From the human T2T-CHM13v2.0 reference genome, Homo sapiens, in the NCBI RefSeq assembly GCF_009914755.1, contig NC_060938.1: DNA of 64,000 nt. One strand, 5' to 3'. Made by a program: the position numbers and the translations under genes. How positions within the stretch are numbered: the first letter of the stretch is position 1; the number at the start of each line of letters is the position of its first letter. The notes below the pieces were generated by a model. That model was not told the origin of the DNA. It searched no databases and worked only from the letters and a program-made list of their open reading frames with translations. This document shows, in pieces, positions 1 to 11,264 of the stretch.

Positions 1-78
1 CTCGTCATTTACATCAGGTAGATCTCCTAATGCTATCCCTCCCCCCTTCCCCAACCCCATGACAGGCCCCAGTGTGTG
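1..78 (-). mobile_element. L1PA 3' UTR fragment, cut by the window edge
   Basis: ctcgtcatttacatcaggtagatctcctaatgctatccctccc...acaggccccagtgtgtg is the reverse complement of the primate L1 3' UTR. Confidence 0.9.
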
Positions 79-2075
79 AGGATATTTTCAACTGATAAAA
101 GTTTACAATTCCTGTAGAAGATACAACAGTCATGAACTTTTATGTTTCAAATAAAAAGGCAGCCTGATGGCTTTTGTCAGGCCACATAACCCAACATGGC
201 TGGAATGGGCTTGCTTACCTCTTTGAATTTCTATCCACACCAATCCCCACATAAGCGAAATTCAAATACACAGTGTGACAGGGTGACCAATAGTGAATGA
301 AATGAGCCTTATACATTGCTATTAGGAGAATAAAGGGGTACAGACTTTCTGAAAACCAGTCTGACAGCTGCACTGAAAACCAGTTTTACAGCTGCACTGA
401 GACTTTAAAATATTTATATCTATCATTCATTAATTCTACTTACCTGAAGCTTTATCAGTAAGGATGAGCACGGCATTACATATAATAAGGAAAAACTGAA
501 AACAGCGTAAACACTCAACAACAGTGAAACTGTTAAATTAATTATGGACCATTATTAGGTGGCATATACATCTTTTAGAAATAGTATTTTTAAAGACTAT
601 ACAACGCCAGGAGGAATTGCTCAGGATTAAGGATTTTAAAAGTCCCAAACAAAAACCCCAAGAAAACATGGATTTAAACACTGCATTGTAAAATATTTTG
701 TAGCCTGGAAGTTTGCTTCTGGAAGTTACTGTAAAATCTCATTAGACTTTTAGTTAGAAAGAGAAAAAAATCATCACAGAACATAGACTCAACTGCAAAC
801 TTGTAAAACTAGACATTCAAGGAGAAGACAGTGGAAAAGTTTATTGCATATGAAGGGGCATTAGTGCTTTGGCAGAGAATAAGAGAGTCCCTTGCACTTA
901 ATGCACAATTTGTTTTGTTAGCTAGAATTGAATAACAATATTCTGGGTGTGTTGGTATACCACTGAGAATAAGCATAGTCACTGTCCTGAAGAAATTTAA
1001 CATGCCATGTCAGAATACAGATAAGTACGTTATCAACTGAAACAGGTAATTATGGTCATTACAAAAGTGCATTAAGTGAAAAGGAGAATCATGGTTGTGT
1101 TGGTGGCTTGGACATCAAATGATTACTCTTGACATGGGGCTCACATTTAAAATCTCCCCATGGTGACCCATTATCCTGTCCTAACTTTGCCTCCCTTCCC
1201 TTCTGGGGCATTCCCACTATCACACACGGTACATGATAGTGAGAAACATCATATCAATATCATATGATACATGATAGTGGATTATACAATCCTCTGACTC
1301 CCATTTCTTCTTCCTTTCCCACTTTCACCCTAAGGCAAGCAAGAGCTCTTTGCAGGATGGAGCCACTATAGACAGATTCTGAGGGGCTGACCTATACTGG
1401 GGTGTGGCATGTGTCCACACGCATGGGCCTGAACTCAAGGGGAGTATTCTGGAGGAAGAGAAAGAGGAAAAAGAGAGAAGAAGGGGTGGAGCTTGAACCT
1501 AATGTTTAAGTATTTGTGCACAAGGGAGACAGCACCTGGGAATCCATGGATGGAGCTGACACCATTACAAAGCAACACTTCCATAAATCAGAGGCAAAGG
1601 CAATTGGGTTCTGTCCTCAGGTAAGGTAAGGTTCTGTCCTCTCCAGAGAGGCATCTTGTCTCCTAGGAATACTGGGTGGAAATGTCCCCTCAGGGCTGGG
1701 ACTATGAAGACAGGCTGCTTCCTTTGTTGAGTTTACTCCCTGCACTACAGGATGCCAGAATGGAGCTGGGCGAGCGCTTGCCCTGCTCACCACCAGGAGT
1801 GACCAGATTGTGGCCAGGAAAGGGCTCATGGACTAGTCTGCAGTAGTTGTACGCCTCTGTGTGTGAAGTACACATGCTTCTCCAAGTTCTGACCCTGCCT
1901 TGTTACCCTTTGGCTATGAGGTTCTTATTAGAAGAAATACTTTCTTTTAAAACAAACTTTTTTTCCCTGAGGATAAAAAACCAAATCTCTATTGGGCTGC
2001 AGAAGCCAACAGCCACTGCCTGAGGCACTACTGAGCTGGCTTCACTCTTAGGGGCCTGGAGGCTTTCCTCTCCTC

Positions 2076-2408
2076 AGACCGGTACCAGTAACCGGTTCAT
2101 GGCCTGTTAGGAACTGGGCCGCACAGCAGGACGTGAGCCGCGGATGAGCAAGTATTACTGCCAGAGCTCTGCCTCCTGTCAGATCATCTGCAGCAATAGA
2201 TTCACGTAGGAGCATGAACCATATTGTGAACGGTACATATTAGGGGTCTAGGCTGTGCACTCCTTATAAGAATCTAAGGCCTGATGATCTGAGGTGCAAC
2301 AGTTTCATCCTGAAACCATCACCCTCTCTTCCCCTGCCCTGCTCCATCTGTGGAAAAATTGTCTTCCACAAAACCAGTCCACGGTGCCAAAGAGGTTGGG
2401 GACCGCTG
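2076..2408 (+). mobile_element. MER1B (hAT-Charlie DNA transposon), 5' end eroded
   Basis: ggcctgttaggaactgggccgcacagcagg...ggaaaaattgtcttccacaaaaccagtcc...ggttggggaccgctg matches the recalled MER1B consensus. Confidence 0.85.
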
Positions 2409-3129
2409 CCCTAGGCAACTCCTTCCAGACGTCTCCCACTGATTTCCATGTCTAGGAAATGTGGGGTTGAAACAGCAGATTTGGACCATGGTAATCTTTC
2501 AGCAAATCTAAGAACACTACAGTTTTTATACAATTTGCCCAATTGCTTGTGTGCAACTTGTTCAAATCTTAAAAACAGATTTCACTATTGGAACTTTAAT
2601 AAGTATTGACATTTGAAGATAAACTTTCAAAATCCTCTGTGGTGTTACAGCATATTTTTAAAGATAGGATCTTTATAATATAAAAGCCAGACTTAGAAAA
2701 GTTGGTAAGAGAAGAAAAATAGAGAGTCAAAGGAAAGCAAACGCTTGAAGCCCTATCACCCAAAGAAAATTGCTTTTGAAGTTTTGGTAAATTTCATTTC
2801 CATTTTAATAATTTCTGCCTTTATCTTTTTTATGACCTTTCTATTTTGAGTTTATCTGCTATTCTTTCGGAAGCTGCGTGGTTTAAAATAATGCTTTTAC
2901 AATTTTCCATCTTTTTAAAGTGATTTCCAATGAATATATCTAAAACTAAATATCTATCTATTTTTTCCGAGTATTGCTTTGGCTATATTAAATACACTTT
3001 AAAAGTGTGGCCTGTTCTTATTGTTCATTTCTAAGTATTTATAATTTATGTTTTAATTTATTCTTTAACTGAAGAATTTTTAATAAGGCCACTTGATACA
3101 GTTGTGTTATCTATAGTTATCTATAGTTT

Positions 3130-3860
3130 TGCTGTCCAGTGTGGTAGCCACATGTATTAGTCTGTTCTGTTCTCACATTGCTATAAAGAAGTACCTGAGA
3201 CTAGGTAATTGACAAAGAAAAGAGATTTAATTGGCTCATGGTTTCAAGGCTGTACAGGAAGCATGATGCTGGCATCTGCTTCTGGGGAGGCCTCAGGAAA
3301 CTTACAATTATAGTGGAAGATGAAGGGGAAGCAGGCACATCTTACATGGCCAGAGCAGGTGGAAGAGAGACAGACGGGCGAGGTGCTACACACTTTTAAA
3401 CCACCAGATCTCCTGATAACTCACTCACTATACAGTACCAAGGGGGCATGACAATAAACCATTAGAACTTCACCCATGATCCAGTCATCTCCCACCAGGC
3501 CCCACCTCCAACATTGGGGATTACGGTTCAACATGAGATTTGGGTGGGGACACACATCCAAACCGTATCACCACATGTGGTAATGAGCACTTGAAGTGTG
3601 GGTAGTCCAAATTGACATAGGCTTTGAGTGTAAAACACACACCAGTTTCGAAGACTTAGCATGAAAAATTAATTACTTTTTATATTGATTATATATTAAA
3701 TGATTGTATTTTGGATGTGTTAAGTTGAATAAAATAAATTATTAAAAGTAATTTCACCTGTTTCTTTTTTACTTTTTTAAAAATGTGGCTACTAGAAAAG
3801 TTTAAGTGACTAATGTGGCTTGCATTTGTGGTTCACATTATATTTCTATTTGATTGCATT
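3130..3860. mobile_element. MER33 (hAT-Charlie), split by an MSTA LTR
   Basis: gctgtccagtgtggtagccaca / tgtggtaatgagcacttgaagtgtgggtagtccaaattgac...aatgtggctactagaaaa...tatttctatt matches MER33. Confidence 0.75.
3153..3570 (-). mobile_element. MSTA-type MaLR solo LTR
   Basis: Runs tgtattagtc...ttgggtggggacacacatccaaaccgtatca, with 5-bp TSD CCACA at 3148-3152 and 3571-3575. Confidence 0.88.
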
Positions 3861-5387
3861 AAGCCATAGTTTTATTCTTGAACTGTTGATTCCAGAGAGA
3901 GATGTGTTAAATCCATCTACTCAGATTCATAACGGATTGTGAGGGAGTGTATCTTTTATCAACATAAAAAACTGTATCCTTCTTTGTCCTTTTTAATGTC
4001 TTTTGCCTTGAATTCTACCTTTTTCTGATTTTCATATTTCTATGCTTGCTTTCTTTTCATGAGCATTTTACTTGATGTATCTTTCTCGACTCCTTTATTT
4101 ACAAATGTCTTGCTTGTTTTTATTTTAGGTGAATCTTTTGTAAATCGTATATAACTGTTTTTCAAAATAAAGTTTGAAAGATTCTTCTTTTTAATATATT
4201 AATGCAATTTGTTCACATTTATTGGGATTGTTAATATGTTACAATTGGTTCCTGCAAAGTTCTTTTGTGTTTCTAATTACAAGGCTATCTCTTTTCTGAC
4301 TTCTGGTATATTGGGTTAGTGGCCTTCCATTCTTATCATCATTATTCACAATGGGGGTAACACCTTTGCCAATGGCTGCCTGGCAGAGGGTAGGTACTGG
4401 GGAAGGGACCATCTTGGCCAGCTCCTCTCAGCACAGCACCTCTCAAACTGTCACCCCGACCACCTCCTACCTTCCTGTGTCTGCTGCCATCCAACTCAGG
4501 GCGCCATAACTGTTCTTACCTTTGGACACAGTCTGCTCTTCCATGACTTTGGGCGATGGTTTATCTTTCAGTGTGACTCCATTCCTCAAAAATTTTGGTT
4601 AATTGAGAACACCAGTTCATGTTTTCATGCGCTGCTATTGATTTTTTTCTTTTTCTTTTAACTTTCTTTTTTTTCTTTTTCTAATGATATATTGTGCAGG
4701 GACAGGCAGGAGTGTGGCTTAATTTATAATCTTTATCTCATTATGGTGTATTTCTGCTTTTTTCTGTATGTATTATTTTATTTTGATGTAATTTTGATTA
4801 TTCAATATTTGCATACACAATGTTGTGTCCTGATTTTCCACTTAGCATTTTAACATAAGCATTTCCCCCATACTATTATGAACCATTTAAAAACTTTCAT
4901 TTTACTATCTGCATAGTCCCATCAAGGAAAAATGTCCAAAATTCCTTATTATTGTGAATTTAGGTTATTTTCACTTTTCTGCTATTATAAAAAGATGATA
5001 AAGTTACTTGCGCATATAGCTATGTTTTATTTTGAATTGTAGTCCTAGGTGGAGTGCTGAGCTTCTTATAGATTCCTAGCAAAGAGTATAAGTCATTCAG
5101 ATTTGCTCTAATTTTAGTAAGACAGTGTATGTGCTCAGAGCACAAAGCTTCTTTGTGCTATTGAGGTTCTTGTGTATCATGTGTCACTGAAAACCAGGAG
5201 GCTAGGACAAATCTTCAACTAGGATTAGGCCTAGATTTAGGATATAGTATTATAACTGTTTGGATGCCTGTGGATACTGTAGAATGTTCTTGGCTGACAT
5301 CACTCTCAGGAGGGTGAGTTATGGCAAAATCGACCACATTTTCTGGACTAAGATGGGAACACATCTCATATGTGCTTCTTTATCTGT

Positions 5388-5821
5388 ACTATTCAATATG
5401 ATAGTCATTAGCAACATGTGACTATAGCATGTGAAATGTGGCTAGTCTGAACTGAAGCCTGCTGTAAGTATACAATGCACATATAATTTTTCAGTATAAA
5501 AAATATTTGGCCAGGCACAGTGGTTCATACCTGTACTCCCAGCACTTTGGGAGGCCAAAGCAGGAGGATCACTTGAGCCCAGGAGTTCGAGACCAGCCTG
5601 GGCAACTGTTCAATATGATAATCATTAGCAACATGTGACTATAGCGTGTGAAATGTGGCTAGTCTGAACTGAAGCCTGCTGTAAGTATACAATGCACATA
5701 TAATTTTTCAGTATAAGAAATGTTTGGCCAGGCATGGTGGTTCATGCCTGTACTCTCAGCACTTTGGGAGGCTGAGGCAGGAGGATCGCATGAGCCCAGG
5801 AGTTTAGAACAGCCCAGGCAA
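5388..5821 (+). repeat. 217-bp tandem duplication of a MER33 fragment plus the 5' part of an Alu
   Basis: Two aligned copies, 5388-5604 and 5605-5821; the Alu starts recur at 5509 and 5726. Confidence 0.92.
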
Positions 5822-6013
5822 CATAGGGAGATACTGTCTCTACAAAACATTTAAAAATTTGTCAGGTGTGGTGGTGTGCACCTGTAGTCCCAGATACTCT
5901 GGATACAGAGGCAGGAGGATCTCTTGAGCCCAGAGGTCGAGGATGCAGTGAACACTGATTGCACAACTGCACTTCAGCCTGGGCAACAGAGTGAGATCCT
6001 GTCTCAAAAAAAA
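5726..6013 (+). mobile_element. AluJ-type element inserted in MER33
   Basis: Dimeric Alu with AluJ-type ggaggatcgc(t)tgagcccagg and an A tail; MER33 sequence resumes after it. Confidence 0.88.
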
Positions 6014-6459
6014 GTTAAATATATCATTAATGTCTTTATATTGATTTCATGTTGAAATATATGGCTCATATTATATTTATTTTGGCCGGCACTGTTATAG
6101 TTCATTCATTAGAAGATCAGGGATGTATGAAGCCATGTTTCTTACCTCCTCTTCTGTAATACCTTATAAGTAATTTTCTGATACACTTAATTAACACTGC
6201 AGAGGGACAATCTATTTCATCTGCATCAGCAGCAGCTCCGTTGCCGTCCTTGAATCTGAGCATGTGAATCTAAGGTTCATGGTTTCCTTTCTGCTCTGTA
6301 CTTTCTAGCACTCCTGCTTCCTGAAGGTCAGTGGAGGTTCTCAGGGACTATGTTAGGTGCTCAAGAGCACTTGGAATAACTTCGAAACAGGAAGCTTTAG
6401 ATTAAAAGTGCACTATTGCATAAAGTAGTTCCTACATGTAGGAACATGTAGATTTGCCA

Positions 6460-7362
6460 GTTTATTCATTCAACACTTATTTACTGAATGCTTCTATGTG
6501 CTAGTCACTGATGTAGACACTTGAGATACGCCAGAGACCAAAGACAGAGATCAGTGCCATCTTGGAGCTCACATTCTAGCAGGGGGTATGAACGGTAAAC
6601 AATAAACATTTAAATAAGTCAACTACATAGGATGTTGGAAGGTGATAAGTAGGGTAGAAAAGAAAAACAATAAGAGGGATTCAGAGTGCTGGAAGTAGTG
6701 GGGATAGACTGCAACTGTAAACAGAGTGATCAGAGCGGGCTTCACTGAGAAGAGACATTTTAGCAAAGACTTGAAGGAGGGAAGGATGATAGGTGTGTAG
6801 ACATTTGGAAGAAAAACATTTCAGGTAGAGGCAACAGCTGTGCACAAGGCTTCAGGCTGGAGTGTGCTCAACATGTTTGAAAAACATTAAGGAAGCAGGG
6901 GTGGCCAGGAGGAGAGCAGTAGTGATGTCAGAGGTAAGGGGGCTTCACAGATCACTGAGAGCCTTACAGGCCATTGTAAGACTTGGGCTTTTACTTTGAG
7001 GGCAACGGGAGCCACTGTGGGCTTTAAGGAAAGGAGTCACCTGCTCTGGCCTACATGTTTAAAGGATCACTCAGACCTCATGTTGAGGTTAGACTTCAGG
7101 TAGGCAAGGAGAGAGGTCATGGTGGCCCCACTAGGTGGTAGCAGTGGAAATGGTGACAATGTTACATTTTGATGTATAGTGAAGACGGAATCAACAGGAT
7201 GTTCTGACAGGTTGGATGTGAGGTATGAGACAAAGATAGGAATCAAGGATGACTCCAAGTCTTGAGCCAGGGCTATTGGAAAGATGGAGTTGCCTGCCAT
7301 CAACAGAGGAGGGGAAGGCGGCAGATGGAGCAGGTTTGGGAGAAATATGGGGAGTTACATTT
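6460..7362 (-). mobile_element. L2 (L2a-like) 3' portion
   Basis: ttcattcaacacttatttactgaatgcttctatgtgc is the L2 3' end in reverse, followed by typical purine-rich L2 body. Confidence 0.8.
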
Positions 7363-7369
7363 GCGTAAT

Positions 7370-7820
7370 TATATTATCTATTGCTCTATAACAAAACATC
7401 CCAAAATCTAGTAGCTTAAGACAATGACCATTTATTATCTCACAGTTTTTGTGGGGCAGGGATTCAGGAGTGGTTTAACTGGGTGGGTTGGGCTCAGAGT
7501 TTCTCATAAGGTTCTAGTCAGGATGTGAAGCAGGGCTTTAGTTTCTGAAAGTTTGTCTGGGGCTGGAAGAGCCACTTCTAAGATGGCTCACTCAAGTGGT
7601 CACTGGCACAAGGTGAGCCTCTTCATAGACTGCCTGAATTTCTGTGTAGCTGGGTCCCTCCAAAGCAAGGGAGCCGAGAGAAAGAGAGAGGAGAGCTTAA
7701 GAGAGAGCAACCAAGATGGAAGCCTCAGTGCTTTTTCTGACCTGGTCCCCAAAATCGCATGCTGTCATTTTCACCTTTTTCTATTCATTAGGAGGGAGTC
7801 ACTCCAATTCAGTCCCATAC
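7370..7820 (-). mobile_element. MLT1-family MaLR LTR
   Basis: ctattgctctataacaaaacatcccaaaatctagtagcttaagacaa...catttattatctcacagttt is a typical MLT1 LTR in reverse. Confidence 0.7.
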
Positions 7821-8687
7821 CAAGCCCCAGATCTGAGGAGCTGCCACCAGTTCTGCTCCCGATTCTCTCCTGGCTCAGGTTTCTGAGGCTGTCTCAGTGA
7901 GTTTAGACTCACTGGCACCTGTCCCATGGGCCCCCTCTGGGCTGTCACAGGGACACCTCACCTGCCCACAGCCACAGCTGAGAGAAGACACCTCTGCCCA
8001 GGCCCCTTCCCAGCCAGAATCCAGGAGTATTCCAGGGGCTCCCACTGCCCCTGTAGACCCCATGCCTGACGTGCTCCCCTGCGAGGGCTCAGTCCTCATC
8101 TCCCCCAACCTGACCCTGTTGGCAGAGACTGGGTGCTGTGATCTGGATGAGCCATCCTGTCCTCAGGGAGGCTTTGTCCCGCTGACCAGGCCTCTCCTCT
8201 CTCCACCTGCCCCACTTTGTCTCTGTGGTTCTCACAGTCCATGACCTTCCTGGCCCATCTCTGCCCAGGCCAGCCTCTTGCTTTTATAAAAAACTGAAAT
8301 TTCAGCACCTGCCCCAAACAGGGCCCCACACAGGGCTGGTGTTTATGCCTTGAGAATTCTTACCTCTACTCATTAAAGCAGAATGAATACAGCAGCCTTC
8401 TTGACTTCCTCCCCTGATATTATTTTCAGTGACCTGTTTTTCTGGAGGGTGCTGTGCCCTGCGGCGAGTCTGTGCAGCAAATCACAGTGAGGTGGTTTTT
8501 AGCCAAGTGTTCCCGGGGGGCAGGGCACATGCCTCAGGTCCCTTTTTCCTCCATGACTCAGCGGTCACATAGAGAGCAGCAGCGCAGACCCTCAGTGCCT
8601 CCCCTCAGTCTGGTCCGTGGGACTCCAGGTGAGCAGAGGTGCCGGCTGAACGGACAGGCCCCCTTCCCCTCCTCTTTCTGACTTCAA

Positions 8688-8758
8688 ATCCCAAGCAGGA
8701 ACGCAAAGGCCCTGGCCCTGCTGCTGAGCCAACCTTTGCCCCATATGGAGAAGATGGG
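8688..8758 (+). pseudogene. DHRS2-like exon A (71 bp)
   Basis: IPSRNAKALALLLSQPLPHMEKMG vs DHRS2 ILSVNVKSPALLLSQLLPYMENR. Acceptor is cttcAA (AG lost); donor gtgagg is intact. Confidence 0.88.
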
Positions 8759-9626
8759 GTGAGGGCTCCATGGGAGCTGGGGAGACTTTGCCTTGCTCTC
8801 TGCTACCCCGAGGCAACACTGGGGGATGGGGCCCAGGAAGTGGAATATCCCAAGGAGAGCAGGGTGGAGTGTGCCCTGGATGCCAGGCTCTCATGTCACT
8901 TCCTAAACCACGTCTCCAGGCTTCTTGGGCCCCACAGGATGTGACCAACACAGTGAAAGGGAACATTTGGAAAGAATGTGGCGGGCGGACTCCACACCCA
9001 GAGGGGAGCCCCAATCACCTCTGACGTGCTCTGTCGTCTGAGAAACGCAGGCCAGTGGTAGCTGCAAGGATGGGACAAGGCCATGTGGTATAGCCATGAG
9101 ACCTTAACCTTTCCAGAGAGGCCAAAAGAAGCTCCTTCAGTCCCTCCCCTGCTGGGGTCTCTCATGGCGGAGCTACTCTCCACCTTTTGCCATTCGTCTG
9201 GGCTTGTTTGAGTCCAAGTCAGCAACTAGTTACTGCTCCTGCTCCGAAGTGAGATTTGCAACCCAGGCCACTCTCAGTGCATTTTCCTCCTGTGGGAGTG
9301 GCCGTCCCCAGGTGGCAGCCTCACACTGATGGCTCCATGTTCCCAGGTCCTGTTCTCCAGAATTCCAGATGCTGATTGGCCCTGCCTGGGTGCTAGTTTC
9401 TAGGAGTCCTGGGGCATCTGAGCAGGGGAGCTTGTGTCGGACCTTCTCAGCTCTAACTTCCCCAAAGAAGTCACTTCTTCCCAGAGACCCTGGCACTGTC
9501 CCTACTTTCCCTTCTTTCCTCTTCCTCAGTTCTGCCTCCTCGTCACTTGGAAGCTCATTTTCTGGAAGCAAATAGCTTCTTAATTAGGTACATCTTCCAC
9601 TTGTCATGCCTGTCCGCTTCTAACAG

Positions 9627-9678
9627 GGGAAGGCCTGTGGTGCTGATTGCCTCTGCTGCTGTCTGTGCACCTCAAACA
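9627..9678 (+). pseudogene. DHRS2-like exon B (52 bp)
   Basis: cttctaacag|...|gttagt; GRPVVLIASAAVCAPQT vs RGAVILVSSIAAYNPVV; phase is compatible with exons A and C. Confidence 0.8.
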
Positions 9679-9844
9679 GTTAGTGGGGAGTTTGGGGATA
9701 GGGCAGTGGAGTGGTTGCCAGGATGAGGGAGGTAAATATTGATCCCGCATGATAGTAAAATCCAAGTGCACAACACTGGATGCCTGTCCTGCCCACATTT
9801 AAAACTGCACTTATTGCCATTATCTCATTTAGTTCCTAAAGCCC

Positions 9845-10035
9845 CAGGGCTGCCATGTGTGGTTGTATAGGTTGTTCACTGCACAAGGTCGCCTAGTCTA
9901 GAAACAAGTAGGAGCTGAAATCCAGTCCATGCTCTGCTTGACAAGACATGTACCCTGGCTTGGGGCTACATTCACCCGAAGAACAGGGTGGCTTTACTAT
10001 TTGCTCTCACAAAGTCAGGCACTAGTGGGGCTGCA
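9845..10035 (+). mobile_element. MER91A-like (hAT-Tip100) element in a pseudogene intron
   Basis: cagggctgccatgtgtggttgtataggttgttcactgcacaagg...gctgaaatccagtcc...ccctggcttggggct matches recalled MER91A. Confidence 0.65.
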
Positions 10036-10149
10036 TAAGCTCAGAAGAAAGTTTTTTTAAAAAATTTACACCAGGGGGCACTATAGGCTATCAGTGTCCC
10101 TGCATGACATTCCTATGACTGTCACAGAGCAGGCCTGATAAACTCCCTG

Positions 10150-10235
10150 TGGCAGAGGAGGAGATTGAGACATGGAGATGATAAGTGACTTGCCCAAGGG
10201 CGACCAGTCATGGTAGAGCAGGAATCTGGTCATGG
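10150..10235 (-). mobile_element. MIR fragment
   Basis: gagattgagacatggagatgataagtgacttgcccaagg is the MIR core in reverse. Confidence 0.55.
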
Positions 10236-10403
10236 GTCTCTTTAGTGCATTTCCCTGGCTCTGCACCCTAAGCAATTCTCTCTGGGCTAAGCATGGGTGA
10301 ACACAGCCTCTGCCTTCCTGACTTTTCTTTAAGCCCAGGCTTCATTCCGCTCCTGCTCAGATTTTGTTCACTGGTAATTTCCTGGAGTGGAGTGGGAGAA
10401 ACA

Positions 10404-10451
10404 TGTGAGTGCAGGTGTGAGTGCTGGTGTGAGTGCAGGTGTAAGTGCAGG
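10404..10451. repeat. 4 x 12-bp tandem repeat (TGTGAGTGCAGG)
   Basis: tgtgagtgcagg tgtgagtgctgg tgtgagtgcagg tgtaagtgcagg. Confidence 0.9.
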
Positions 10452-10538
10452 CATAGTCATCCTCCATAGCCTTGGGGGTCTAGCAAGAGCCCCTCTCCTC
10501 CAGCGCAGTGCACCTTATCCATTTCATTTCCTTCTTAG

Positions 10539-10674
10539 ATGCTGGAGGCCTATACCACCAGCAAAACTGCACTGCTGGGACTCACCAAGCCCTTGGCTAT
10601 AGAGCTGGCACCAAAGGGTATCCAGGTGCCCCGCCTGTTGCCAGGAATCATCAAGAACTGACTTTAACCACATG
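10539..10674 (+). pseudogene. DHRS2-like exon C (136 bp, catalytic YxxxK)
   Basis: cttcttag|[39 protein letters not shown](+1 bp)-TDFNHM vs [45 protein letters not shown]. Donor is mutated to atgagg. Confidence 0.93.
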
Positions 10675-10926
10675 ATGAGGGTTCAGCAGCTCCCAGTTGC
10701 CCCCACCAACCACTTTGTTGGTTTCCCCAGTCTGGCCATGGCTTTGTGAGACCAGCAGCCTCTCACTTCCTGTATCTGCACCAGGGCTGTCCTCTCTGGG
10801 AGCAGTCGAGGGACTGCAGACCCAGCACTGAGCAGGGCCATCTGCCCACAAGGGCATGAGTCTGCCATGGCAGCCTCTCTGGCCCTTCACAGTTCTATTT
10901 AGCACTGAGCCTCTGAATTTTTTCAG

Positions 10927-10982
10927 GTTGAAGATAATCTGGCTCTGCAAAACTCCTTTAAAAACCCCTGTGGATAGCAGAG
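10927..10982 (+). pseudogene. DHRS2-like exon D (56 bp)
   Basis: ttttttcag|VEDNLALQNSFKNPCG*Q(R) vs FHGNESLWKNFKEHHQLQR. In-frame TAG at 10975-10977; no canonical GT follows. Confidence 0.72.
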
Positions 10983-11264
10983 ACAGGTAGTCTTCTCCAG
11001 GGGAGACAGGGCTCTCGGACTGTATCCTCACCTATCAGCCCGTCCTCTCACAGAGTCTGGGGATGCACAGCCCATGAGGTGGGATCTGGAGGGCATGAGG
11101 GGCCCCACCATATCTCTCTATGGAGCCCAGGCCTCTGATGGGCCAGGGAGGTGGGATTCAGGGCTGGAGGTGGTGCTGGGCCCTATGTTCAGAGCAGCAG
11201 GACCAGCGATCAGAGTTCATTAGAGCATAGGCTGAGGCCTCAGTTCTGTTCTCTTTCCATGCAG

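Noticed and set aside
1750-1830. QNGA...LTTRSDQIVAR, loosely like DHRS QDGAHVVVSSRKQQNVD, as a possible missing 5' exon
   Set aside because: It needs an unexplained insertion, lacks GIG and the rest of the exon, and has no fitting splice sites.
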